Assembly: GCA_020722095.1 (NCBI GenBank)
Contig: DYLM01000005.1
Coordinates: forward strand, 1 to 59,565
Length of the DNA stretch: 59,565 nucleotides
Direction of reading: 5' to 3'
DNA from: Chloroherpeton thalassium
Lineage (GTDB): Bacteria > Bacteroidota > Ignavibacteria > Kapaibacteriales > UBA2268
A model generated the notes under the pieces. The model saw only the letters and a program-made list of their open reading frames with translations. It searched no databases and had not been told where the DNA came from. The translations under genes were made by a program, and so were the position numbers. Below are positions 1-7,881 of this stretch, in pieces (position 1 is the first letter of the stretch; each line of letters begins with the position of its first letter).

Positions 1-352
1 TCTTCTTGGGAGCTGGCTCTTCATCTTCTTCCAGATCAGAATCATCTTCCAAATCAAGATCTTCATCTTCTTCCAGATCTGACTCTTCATCTTCTTCCAG
101 ATCAAGATCTTCATCTTCTTCCAGATCTGACTCTTCATCTTCTTCCAGATCAAGATCTTCATCTTCTTCTGGCTCAGATTTCTTTTTGCCTTCTACAGAT
201 TTGGACTCTGGTTCGTCAATTGCTATATCCATTGATTCCAACAAACTGATCATGTCAGATTTGTCCATGCCCTCAAAGTTTTTTACTCGCCGCTTCTTCA
301 ACAATGCTTTCAAATCATCCAAGGACATGCGAGAATATTTTGATTTTGGCAT
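1..352 (-). CDS. Partial CDS (3' end runs off the window): small protein with an N-terminal Rho_N/SAP-like motif and a long poly-acidic D/E repeat tail
   Basis: ATG at 352-350 is preceded by GGAGGTATT. Translation is MPKSKYSRMSLDDLKALLKKRRVKNFEGMDKSDMISLLESM..., then repeated EEDEDLDL/EEDEESDL units. It is missing from the ORF track because it is open-ended. The listed plus-strand Ser-rich ORF 6..410 is its antisense shadow. Confidence 0.6.
   Translation of the reverse strand, partial: MPKSKYSRMSLDDLKALLKKRRVKNFEGMDKSDMISLLESMDIAIDEPESKSVEGKKKSEPEEDEDLDLEEDEESDLEEDEDLDLEEDEESDLEEDEDLDLEDDSDLEEDEEPAPKK
17..177. repeat. Tandem 24-bp (48-bp super-unit) coding repeat
   Basis: The 48-bp units 59-106 and 107-154 are identical, flanked by degenerate 24-bp units. 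They encode the acidic octapeptide repeats of the 1..352 CDS. Confidence 0.85.
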
Positions 353-362
353 AATACCTCCA

Positions 363-1028
363 TTAATAACTGAGTTCAGCATCATTTATAGCATTAAACA
401 ACACCGTTAACTTTTTAATAATTGAATAAACTGTTGTTGTACTGATGCTAAGTGAATTAGAGATTTGTTTAGAACTAAAACCATTTAAAACAAGTTTGAT
501 TACATCATACCAATATTTCCTCCTTTCTAAAATTACTCCCAATTGATTTAGTCTCTCTATGTGAATTAAATAATTCAAAAATATTTCATGATCATCTACA
601 AACAAAAAATTATCCAAAAAAACTGAATCACAATTAATAACAGATCTTTTAAAATCAACCTTTTTTCGAGATTGTCTTTTATAAGAACCGATTACATCAT
701 ACACTAAATCTAAATAGCCTTTATGTATGCCTATCCAAACGAAATTAGAAAATATAGTGTGAAGTTTTTCTCCAAGCTCTTTATTTCTTTCGTTACTGCT
801 ATATTTTAATATAGCCTTCCATAAACGTTCGCCATATAAAGATGTTATTTCATCAATTCCAATTTTATTTTTAAGTTTTCCCCTCACCAAACCAGCATAA
901 AAGCATTTTATCCTATCACTTCCATCCTCATTATATCGCAAATCTTTATAAATTTGTTTAGTTGTAATTTCATCTCCTTGTGAAGACATTAAAATATCTT
1001 TCCAATTAACACTCATTGTTAACCTCAT
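363..1028 (-). CDS. Putative sigma-70-family/LuxR-like HTH transcription factor
   Basis: The C-terminal segment RRKYWYDVIKLVLNGFSSKQISNSLSISTTTVYSIIKKL looks like a sigma region-4/LuxR-type helix-turn-helix. The protein is 221 aa. The start may be the internal ATG (MSVNW) at 1016. Confidence 0.4.
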   Translation of the reverse strand: MRLTMSVNWKDILMSSQGDEITTKQIYKDLRYNEDGSDRIKCFYAGLVRGKLKNKIGIDEITSLYGERLWKAILKYSSNERNKELGEKLHTIFSNFVWIGIHKGYLDLVYDVIGSYKRQSRKKVDFKRSVINCDSVFLDNFLFVDDHEIFLNYLIHIERLNQLGVILERRKYWYDVIKLVLNGFSSKQISNSLSISTTTVYSIIKKLTVLFNAINDAELSY

Positions 1029-1054
1029 ATCAGTTCGTAATTACTTTCAATCTA

Positions 1055-1063
1055 AATATACGT
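1055..1063 (-). promoter_or_regulatory. Copy 1 of conserved intergenic 9-mer ACGTATATT (candidate phage promoter element)
   Basis: The identical 9-mer also occurs at 7849-7857 and 50952-50960. Each copy lies in an intergenic gap upstream of a minus-strand gene. Confidence 0.3.
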
Positions 1064-1139
1064 CTTTCTTTCGTGAAATAAAAGTTTTTTCTAACAGTAA
1101 TCAACAAAATTCCCAAAAAAAATGAGTAACAAAGATTTT

Positions 1140-2069
1140 TTAATCTTTTATAAACAATCTTTTAGCTTTTCTTTTTATTTCTAAAAATCTTCTTTTATCC
1201 ATTCTTTTATCTGCTACATCTATTTTTAACGGAAGTTTAATTAAAAAAAAGTTTGTGAAGCACTCTTTTTTTAATAAAGTTTTTATTTGCTGTATTCCTT
1301 TCATCCCTGCCTCATCTCTGTCAAGGCATATATAAACTTTATCAAAAGTAATTAATTGTAATAACTGTTCTTCGCTAAGTCCTGCTCCAAAGCAACAAAC
1401 AGAAGGCAATCCCCATCCATGAAGAACTGCAGTGTCCATAACTCCTTCCACCAAAATAACATAATTATTTTTTTGTACATTATGTATATTATATAAAATT
1501 TTTTTTGATTTTGATCCTTTTGATCGAATATATTTGTTCTTCCCATCAGATATTACAGAGCGTCCTTCAAAAAAAGATAATTCTCCTTTAACATCAAATA
1601 CAGGAAATATTAATCTATTCAAAAATCTCCCTGATTCGACATAGCCCAATTTCAATTCCATAATGGCCTTTTTGCTTATTTTTCTCTCCAAAGCATATTG
1701 ATAAATTCTTTTGGAATAAGAATTATTTACAGATTTATAAAAAGGAACAAATATCTTTTTTATAGATAAAAATTCTTTTGATTCTTTAATTGATTTTTCC
1801 TTTATTCTTTTTAATACATCAAGATTGCTTTTAGAATCTATTATATCTGATGCATCTATTACTAATTTTAATTTTTCTATTAATTGCTGAAAATTTCCTT
1901 TTTCTCCACAGCCAAAACAATTGAATCCTCCGTGTGTTATATTCACGCCAAAACTTGCTACATTTTCTTCATGAAAAGGGCATTTCATCATTAACCATTC
2001 ACCAACCAATGTTCCTTCCATTCCATTATTCCGAAATGTTTTTTCTATATAATTTCTTTCAAATTCCAT
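1140..2069 (-). CDS. dnaG: DnaG-type DNA primase (CHC2 zinc finger + Toprim)
   Basis: CPFHEENVASFGVNITHGGFNCFGCGEKGN matches a CHC2 zinc finger. LVEGVMDTAV...CLDRDEAG matches a Toprim domain (E and DxD). Confidence 0.85.
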   Translation of the reverse strand: MEFERNYIEKTFRNNGMEGTLVGEWLMMKCPFHEENVASFGVNITHGGFNCFGCGEKGNFQQLIEKLKLVIDASDIIDSKSNLDVLKRIKEKSIKESKEFLSIKKIFVPFYKSVNNSYSKRIYQYALERKISKKAIMELKLGYVESGRFLNRLIFPVFDVKGELSFFEGRSVISDGKNKYIRSKGSKSKKILYNIHNVQKNNYVILVEGVMDTAVLHGWGLPSVCCFGAGLSEEQLLQLITFDKVYICLDRDEAGMKGIQQIKTLLKKECFTNFFLIKLPLKIDVADKRMDKRRFLEIKRKAKRLFIKD

Positions 2070-2971
2070 TAATTCCTCATCAGATTATACAAATTAGAAG
2101 AAACAGATTTCAGCAAACCAATATTCTCTACTCCATTTAACCAATCATTCGGAATATTTTTCGATCCATTTATTAAACCACTTATCAGCCCCGTTAAACA
2201 ACCAATTTCATTAGCAATAGCAGGATAATCATTAATTGATCTTATAATTGCTTCTTTAAATGTTTTTGTTTCACATATGATTGTCATTACATCAAAAAGC
2301 AATTTAAAGGATGAACAGCTTTTTATACTTTCCCATTTTTTCAAAAATTGATAAAAATTTTCTATTGCACACTTAATATCTTTCGTCATAATCAAATGTT
2401 TCAAAAAATAAATCAAATATAATTGAGCCACAGATGAACAATGTGTTAAACAAAGAAGATTTTTTTGTCTAACCCATAAAGAAGCAATATAATTATTTTG
2501 TAAAAACATTGCTGGAGCCATTAAAAATAGCGGAGTATTGCTATTATAATCTGATCCACTATAATTAAATTTTTCTTTTAACATATTGTCTTTGCCTGTC
2601 ATCATATATTTTAAAAATAATTGTTGATAAAGAATTTCATTCCCCCTGTGTTTATCATTCACTTTTCCAGTTATAATATTTTCTAAAAACTTTGTGAATA
2701 ATATTTCTATACTATCTGCTGTCATATTCCCAAATTCTATAATTGTAGTAAAAGTAGAAAGTAATATTTGAAAAGAGTAACTCCAACTTCCAGGCGTCAT
2801 AAATCCAAATTTTGAAAATGGGAATGGAGTTTTAAATGATATAATTGGATATTCTCCTAACTTATCCACAATATCTGCTTCTGTGCTATAACCTGACAAT
2901 GGAACTCCCATTGAATCGCCTATTGCCGCTCCAAATATCATCCCTTCAATATTGCTTAATTTGATTATCAT
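2069..2971 (-). CDS. ADP-ribosylglycohydrolase (ARH/DraG) family protein, possibly with a degenerate metal site
   Basis: The N-terminal motif is GMIFGAAIGDSMGVPLSG. The C-terminal motif is NEIGCLTGLISGLINGSKNIPNDWL. The usual D-x-D-T metal-binding motif reads N-D-Y-P. Start and stop overlap the neighbouring genes (2069, 2971). Confidence 0.6.
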   Translation of the reverse strand: MIIKLSNIEGMIFGAAIGDSMGVPLSGYSTEADIVDKLGEYPIISFKTPFPFSKFGFMTPGSWSYSFQILLSTFTTIIEFGNMTADSIEILFTKFLENIITGKVNDKHRGNEILYQQLFLKYMMTGKDNMLKEKFNYSGSDYNSNTPLFLMAPAMFLQNNYIASLWVRQKNLLCLTHCSSVAQLYLIYFLKHLIMTKDIKCAIENFYQFLKKWESIKSCSSFKLLFDVMTIICETKTFKEAIIRSINDYPAIANEIGCLTGLISGLINGSKNIPNDWLNGVENIGLLKSVSSNLYNLMRN

Positions 2972-4482
2972 TATATCTCCTCCACTTTTTCTTCTCCATC
3001 AATAATCTGTTTTCTTTTCTCCCAAGTTCTTATTGCCTTTTTATGTTGAATCTCGCTATTAATTCTACATATTGAAAAATTTGGAAAAGTTACTACTCCA
3101 GGAGAAGTTCCGTTATCTCTGTTTTTAACAATTTGGTGATTTATCATATCAGCTGTTTTGTTATCATTAACAGTAGAATATAATAATCCAATTATAATAG
3201 AAGCATGCTGTGGAGGCAAAGGAGAAAAAGCTACATCATTCCAGATAATTTTTTTGAAATCTACCATTCCTTTAGAATTTAATTTTAATTTTCCTAATAA
3301 AGAAGATGACTTCCCTTGATTAGCTGTAATAACTGGAATTCCTTTATTTCTATTCCAACTTCCCGCCAATTGCTTCAAAGCCCAAGAAATTTGACCCTGT
3401 GCTCCCCAATCCTTCTCTGTATTATATGATCCAGTAGGTTTAATATCATTTAAATAATCTACTATGATTATATCCAGTGATTTTCCTATCCTTTGTTCTA
3501 TTTCTTTTGCCTTTGCTTCTATAGATACAACAGTACAACCTTTAGGAAATCCAACAATATGTATTCTCCCTTTTTTGGAAAATTCTTCCATTTTCTGTTT
3601 CCACTTTTTATATTGTTCTTTATTAAAATGAGTAGCTATTTTAAAATCTCTATATGGAATCCCAGTTATTCTGGAATCCAATCTCGTAGCTTGTTTCCAC
3701 TTACTCATTTCAATAGTAAAAAATCCCACTTCCTTTCCTATATATGCTGCTCTATAAGCAAATTCCATCAATTCAAAAGACTTTCCTGCTCCAGAATCTC
3801 CAACAATCAGATGAAGTTCTCCATTATAAAATCCTCCATCAATAAACATATCAAGATTAATTTTCTCTTCTTCATAAGGATTAAAAGGATTATATCCTAC
3901 AATACCAGATGGGATAGCATCAAATAATTCTGGATGTCTTTGTTTCAATTTAATTAATCTTGCTCTTTCTATCCAATCTTCTACATAATCTCCTTCATCT
4001 ACTAAATCAGATTCTGCTAAAAAATCCAATTTATATTCTACTAAAGCTTTTTCTGCTAAATTAATTTCCCCTTTTTCCAATTGTTCTGCTGCCTCAATTA
4101 TAGAATTTTGTATTGTTCGGCCTTTCTTCAATATTGTCAATTCTTCTATAATATCAGAAACAGAATTAATTTCTTTTTTATTTGCTGGAACATCAAATAA
4201 TTTGTTTATCAATAATTTTATTTTTTCAGCCTGTTGATGTTTATTATATAATTTAGAAACAGGCAGTAATTTTCTACTTATTATGAACAAGCTATCTGCT
4301 TGAGGATTATCACCGTGCAATTTAAAATAATATATTATTGATTTGTAAATGGTTCTGTTATTATTTTCACTAAAAATTGCTTCTCCAAATTCTGGACTTT
4401 CCATCAAGGATTTTGTAATGCTGCTATCAGTTAACATTATTCTAAGTAATGTACGTTCAAGCTTAATGTCATAATATTCCAT
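2971..4482 (-). CDS. dnaB: DnaB-like replicative DNA helicase
   Basis: Walker A is LIVGDSGAGKSF and Walker B is IIIVDYLND. There is a DnaB-like N-terminal helical region. Confidence 0.8.
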   Translation of the reverse strand: MEYYDIKLERTLLRIMLTDSSITKSLMESPEFGEAIFSENNNRTIYKSIIYYFKLHGDNPQADSLFIISRKLLPVSKLYNKHQQAEKIKLLINKLFDVPANKKEINSVSDIIEELTILKKGRTIQNSIIEAAEQLEKGEINLAEKALVEYKLDFLAESDLVDEGDYVEDWIERARLIKLKQRHPELFDAIPSGIVGYNPFNPYEEEKINLDMFIDGGFYNGELHLIVGDSGAGKSFELMEFAYRAAYIGKEVGFFTIEMSKWKQATRLDSRITGIPYRDFKIATHFNKEQYKKWKQKMEEFSKKGRIHIVGFPKGCTVVSIEAKAKEIEQRIGKSLDIIIVDYLNDIKPTGSYNTEKDWGAQGQISWALKQLAGSWNRNKGIPVITANQGKSSSLLGKLKLNSKGMVDFKKIIWNDVAFSPLPPQHASIIIGLLYSTVNDNKTADMINHQIVKNRDNGTSPGVVTFPNFSICRINSEIQHKKAIRTWEKRKQIIDGEEKVEEI

Positions 4483-5128
4483 TCTTCAATTTCCTTAATG
4501 ATTTTTTATATCTTTCTTCGTCTCCATTATTTTCTTCATTCATAGATTTAATATTAGAAAAGTAAAATTCATCTATCCAATTATTACAACTAATTAAGGA
4601 CATTGATGGAATCATTTCTTTTCTTGAATCAAAACACCAATTTATATATTCACGAGCTCTGTTTTTTATTCCATGTTTTTCAAGTTTGTCCAACAATCCT
4701 TTTGCATAACCCCAACATTTTGCTCTTTGAGTAGGATTCTCAGTATATCCTCTATCTTTCCAATTTAATTCTAATGATAATTTTCCATATTTCTTCCTCC
4801 ATCTTAATTTAATATATTGTAAAATATGAATTGGTTTCCAATCTTTAGAAAGCAATTGATTACAATTCATTTCTGATAATATTTTTTTCATCAAATCTTG
4901 TTTTTGTTTTCTTTTCATTATTTTAGAACGAATTGGTTTTTTTACAAAAATTATATTAGAAATTTTTTCTTTTGGAGAAGTAGATAATAAGAAAGTTTTG
5001 CCATTAGAAACAGAAATTGGATTCTTCAAATGATCAGGCCATCTAATTACTAATCCATTTTCATCCAATCCTTTTACGCCATTCAAATCTAAAAATAATG
5101 CCCCATTTGGCAGTTTTTTAATTGTCAT
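4469..5128 (-). CDS. Hypothetical protein (replication module)
   Basis: This is a 219-aa ORF translationally coupled to both neighbours. No motif was recognised. Confidence 0.5.
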   Translation of the reverse strand: MTIKKLPNGALFLDLNGVKGLDENGLVIRWPDHLKNPISVSNGKTFLLSTSPKEKISNIIFVKKPIRSKIMKRKQKQDLMKKILSEMNCNQLLSKDWKPIHILQYIKLRWRKKYGKLSLELNWKDRGYTENPTQRAKCWGYAKGLLDKLEKHGIKNRAREYINWCFDSRKEMIPSMSLISCNNWIDEFYFSNIKSMNEENNGDEERYKKSLRKLKNGIL

Positions 5129-7808
5129 ATTTTATGCCCAACATACTTAACAATTCTACCAATTTAATTCTTGATGAATTAAATCCCTCATCCACTACAT
5201 CTTTTATCAACTTTTTTCTTCCAGTTATTCTCTCCCACATAGCCTGTTCTATTGTTTCTTCTGTTATAAGATATAAAATATTTATTTTATCTTTCAGTTG
5301 ACCAATCCGATCTATTCTTCCAGTACGTTGCTCCATTGTAGCAGGATTCCACATGATATCATAATGAATCAATATATTAGAACCTACCAAATCCACACCC
5401 TCTTTTAAAATATTTGATGTTAATAAATATTTTATTCTACCATTAGGATTGTTAAATTCTGTAACAATTTCGTGTCTTTTAGCTTTATTCTTAGCTTCGT
5501 TGTTTCCGTGTGCAACTACAATTTCTTTTTCTTTATATCCTGCCCTAATCATTTCTCTTTTGAGTATTTCTAACATTTCTGTATAAAAACAGAAAATTAC
5601 AATTTTATCATTAGAAAATTGTTGACTAATAAGTTCCAATAACAAATCTATCTTAGCAGAAGAATTTTTTTCATATCTCAACAACTCTGTGCTAAGGCAA
5701 CATTGTATAAGATATTGAATTTGAGACAAAATAGTTGCTATTGTAACTTTCTTTCGTCTTATTTTATCTTGTATATTCTTTCCTATATTATTAAGAACTT
5801 CTCTATAACATTTTTCTTGAACACTTGTAAGTTTACACCAATAAGCAGATTCTAATCTTTCAGGAAGTTGATCAAATACTTCTTCTTTTTGTCTTCTTAT
5901 TTTAACTGGATCAAGCAGTTGTATGACTTGTCCTGTGTTTTTATATCCTGTTATTCTTCCAAAAAAATCTGTTTTAACATGTCTATTAAAAAATTTCCCT
6001 GGGCTATCTCCTAAAACATCCTTATTAACTATTAACATTACATTGAAAATATCCATGAATGATGTTTCTATAAATGTAGCTGATAAAGCAAAAACATATT
6101 TACATTTATTTGCCAAATCTTTCGCCAACAATGATCTTTTAGTTGTACTGTTCTTGCAATTAGAAATAAGTACATTATTTGCAAAATAATTATTATTATC
6201 TTCTATTTCTAAATTATAGACATAATTTCTTTCGCAACTTGAGAAATATTCTCTATAATTTTCTTGTTTGAGAATCTCAATGCTCTCCACCCTAACATAT
6301 TCAACATTAAATTCTTTTTCTGATCTAAATGTTTTTCTCTTATAGTATTGTGAGAATAACCATCTACTTCTACTGCAATTTTTCTTTCTGGACAAGCAAT
6401 GTCTATTTTGTAACAATTTGATAATTTTTTTATTAAATTTTTTAAAGAAATTGTTCTTACAGAATATTCTAATCCCCAATTGTATCCAAATTTTTTTAAT
6501 TCTTGAAATAAAATCATTTGTGGCTTTGGTATCTTTCCATTTCCTCCACGAACTGTTGGAAAAGGTCTGCCTTTTAATTTCTTTTTCACTTTTTCTCTTA
6601 TTTTTAGATTTTTCATTAGATTCTGGATTTCCATCAATAATTTCATATCTGGTCTTTTCTTCCCAGTCTTCTTTATTCCTGATTTTATTCCTGTAAGGAT
6701 ATGTCCATGTTCTAAACAACATGCTTTTCTGTGTTGGCTTTGGTAACGAAAAAATATTGTTCCGCACAATTCGCAGTTCTGAATTGATAGAGATTCTGCT
6801 CGCGTTTATATAACCTTTCTTTGTATAAATTTTATGATTGGCTGTACAAATAATTTCTCCATATTTATATTTTATCTTTATCAAATCTGTATAAAGTTCA
6901 TTTCTAAATTTCGATACAATAGTTTTATATTCTAATAGATTTTTACCAATATTGTATGATAAAACCTTTACATCTAAATTATTCTCTACAATTTCTCCTA
7001 TATTGATTATTCCTTTATCTGTGATTATTTCTGTACAGTAAGGTACACAATATTGTGCCTCGTCTAATATCAAAACTCTATCAACTTTATAATTTATATT
7101 TTCCATATGAGGAAATAAATAAAATTCCCAATCTCTATAAGATGTTTCATAATGTGTTATAATAAAAGCATTTTTCTCCATAATAACACGGCGATACAAT
7201 CTTATTCTTTCTTTTTTATCTCCCTCAATGATATATACTTTTCTTTTTTTTCCAAGAAATTTATATATATCATCTCTCCATTTTCTTTTTAAAGAATTTG
7301 GACAGACTATGATGACGTTGTGAGCTTTTTTTTGATGTAGCAATGTTTCTGCTGCGAGGATTGATTGTGGAGTTTTACCCAAACCTACAACATCGGCTAA
7401 TAGAACTCTTCCCCCTAATTGTAAAAAATGAGCTCCAATGGTTTGGAAGGGAAGCAATTTATTTTCTGTGGGAATTAAATCATTATATTGAGATATAACA
7501 ACTTTAGATTTATTAGAAATTTTCTTTATCTGAGTTAAAATCTTATTACGATAATACAATTTTTCTGCATCATTATAAACACTTGCTGAAAAAATAATTG
7601 AATCTTCCACATGTTCTTTTTTCAAAGAATCTAAAAAGATTCTAAAACAATTGTTTCCAATTCCCCAACATCTTTCTTTAGGAAACCATCTTGAATTTTC
7701 TTGATCCTTTATTATTCTCAGGATTACATAAAATTTATCTGACTTTATCCTCACCAAAAAATAATTTGGTGAAGATGATCTGGTTATCCAAATCATTTGC
7801 GCCACCAA
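5118..7808 (-). CDS. SNF2/RAD54-family helicase interrupted by an intein in motif II
   Basis: Motif I is LLADVVGLGKTPQS. Motif II is split as LILDEAQY|C...N|CKNSTTKRS. Helicase-C motifs are LKEGVDL and QRTGRIDRIGQ. Confidence 0.85.
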   Translation of the reverse strand: MVAQMIWITRSSSPNYFLVRIKSDKFYVILRIIKDQENSRWFPKERCWGIGNNCFRIFLDSLKKEHVEDSIIFSASVYNDAEKLYYRNKILTQIKKISNKSKVVISQYNDLIPTENKLLPFQTIGAHFLQLGGRVLLADVVGLGKTPQSILAAETLLHQKKAHNVIIVCPNSLKRKWRDDIYKFLGKKRKVYIIEGDKKERIRLYRRVIMEKNAFIITHYETSYRDWEFYLFPHMENINYKVDRVLILDEAQYCVPYCTEIITDKGIINIGEIVENNLDVKVLSYNIGKNLLEYKTIVSKFRNELYTDLIKIKYKYGEIICTANHKIYTKKGYINASRISINSELRIVRNNIFSLPKPTQKSMLFRTWTYPYRNKIRNKEDWEEKTRYEIIDGNPESNEKSKNKRKSEKEIKRQTFSNSSWRKWKDTKATNDFISRIKKIWIQLGIRIFCKNNFFKKFNKKIIKLLQNRHCLSRKKNCSRSRWLFSQYYKRKTFRSEKEFNVEYVRVESIEILKQENYREYFSSCERNYVYNLEIEDNNNYFANNVLISNCKNSTTKRSLLAKDLANKCKYVFALSATFIETSFMDIFNVMLIVNKDVLGDSPGKFFNRHVKTDFFGRITGYKNTGQVIQLLDPVKIRRQKEEVFDQLPERLESAYWCKLTSVQEKCYREVLNNIGKNIQDKIRRKKVTIATILSQIQYLIQCCLSTELLRYEKNSSAKIDLLLELISQQFSNDKIVIFCFYTEMLEILKREMIRAGYKEKEIVVAHGNNEAKNKAKRHEIVTEFNNPNGRIKYLLTSNILKEGVDLVGSNILIHYDIMWNPATMEQRTGRIDRIGQLKDKINILYLITEETIEQAMWERITGRKKLIKDVVDEGFNSSRIKLVELLSMLGIKYDN
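6159..7049 (-). mobile_element. Intein (297 codons) inserted in the DEAQ box of the SNF2 helicase
   Basis: Block A is CVPYCTEIITDKGIINIGEI. Block B is CTANHKIYT (TxxH). Blocks F/G are YVYNLEIEDNNNYFANNVLISN followed by a +1 Cys. Joining the exteins gives DEAQYCKNSTTKRS, a normal SNF2 motif II. Confidence 0.8.
6209..6769 (-). CDS. DUF559/Vsr-like (restriction-endonuclease fold) nuclease ORF nested in the intein in the +1 frame
   Basis: YKIDIACPERKIAVEVDGYSHNTIREKHLDQKKNLMLNMLGWRALRFSNKKI matches the DUF559/Vsr-type core. The listed start is TTG. This frame is open further upstream to 6805 and includes a CELC...CCLEHGH Cys/His cluster. Confidence 0.6.
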   Translation of the reverse strand: MCGTIFFRYQSQHRKACCLEHGHILTGIKSGIKKTGKKRPDMKLLMEIQNLMKNLKIREKVKKKLKGRPFPTVRGGNGKIPKPQMILFQELKKFGYNWGLEYSVRTISLKNLIKKLSNCYKIDIACPERKIAVEVDGYSHNTIREKHLDQKKNLMLNMLGWRALRFSNKKIIENISQVAKEIMSII

Positions 7809-7848
7809 GTAATGTAAAAAATCAAATTGAATATAATTTAACTATTTT

Positions 7849-7857
7849 AATATACGT
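7849..7857 (-). promoter_or_regulatory. Copy 2 of conserved intergenic 9-mer ACGTATATT
   Basis: It lies 41 nt upstream of the SNF2 helicase start, in the 73-bp gap that separates the late operon from the replication module. Confidence 0.3.
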
Positions 7858-7881
7858 AAATTTTTCAATTTTTAGAAGTAA

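Noticed and set aside
6-410. Plus-strand ORF encoding a poly-Ser/Arg repeat protein (SSSSSRSDSSSSSRSRS...)
   Set aside because: It is the antisense reading of the minus-strand acidic-repeat gene. That gene has a proper GGAGG-ATG start at 352 and fits the uniform minus-strand gene orientation. The plus ORF starts at TTG with no RBS.
1352-1546. Short minus-strand ORFs nested out of frame in larger genes (1352..1546, 31369..31569, 37692..37889, 38970..39167, 46359..46577)
   Set aside because: They have no RBS, no motifs, and composition typical of off-frame translation. The nuclease ORF at 6209..6769 differs because it has a recognisable fold signature.
3493-3927. Plus-strand ORFs of 60-163 aa throughout the window (for example 3493..3927, 22703..23194, 21631..21978, 36371..36721, 32350-region ORFs)
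   Set aside because: All lie entirely within longer minus-strand genes that have recognisable motifs. Their translations are low-complexity (F/L/I/S/C-rich), typical of antisense frames in AT-rich DNA.
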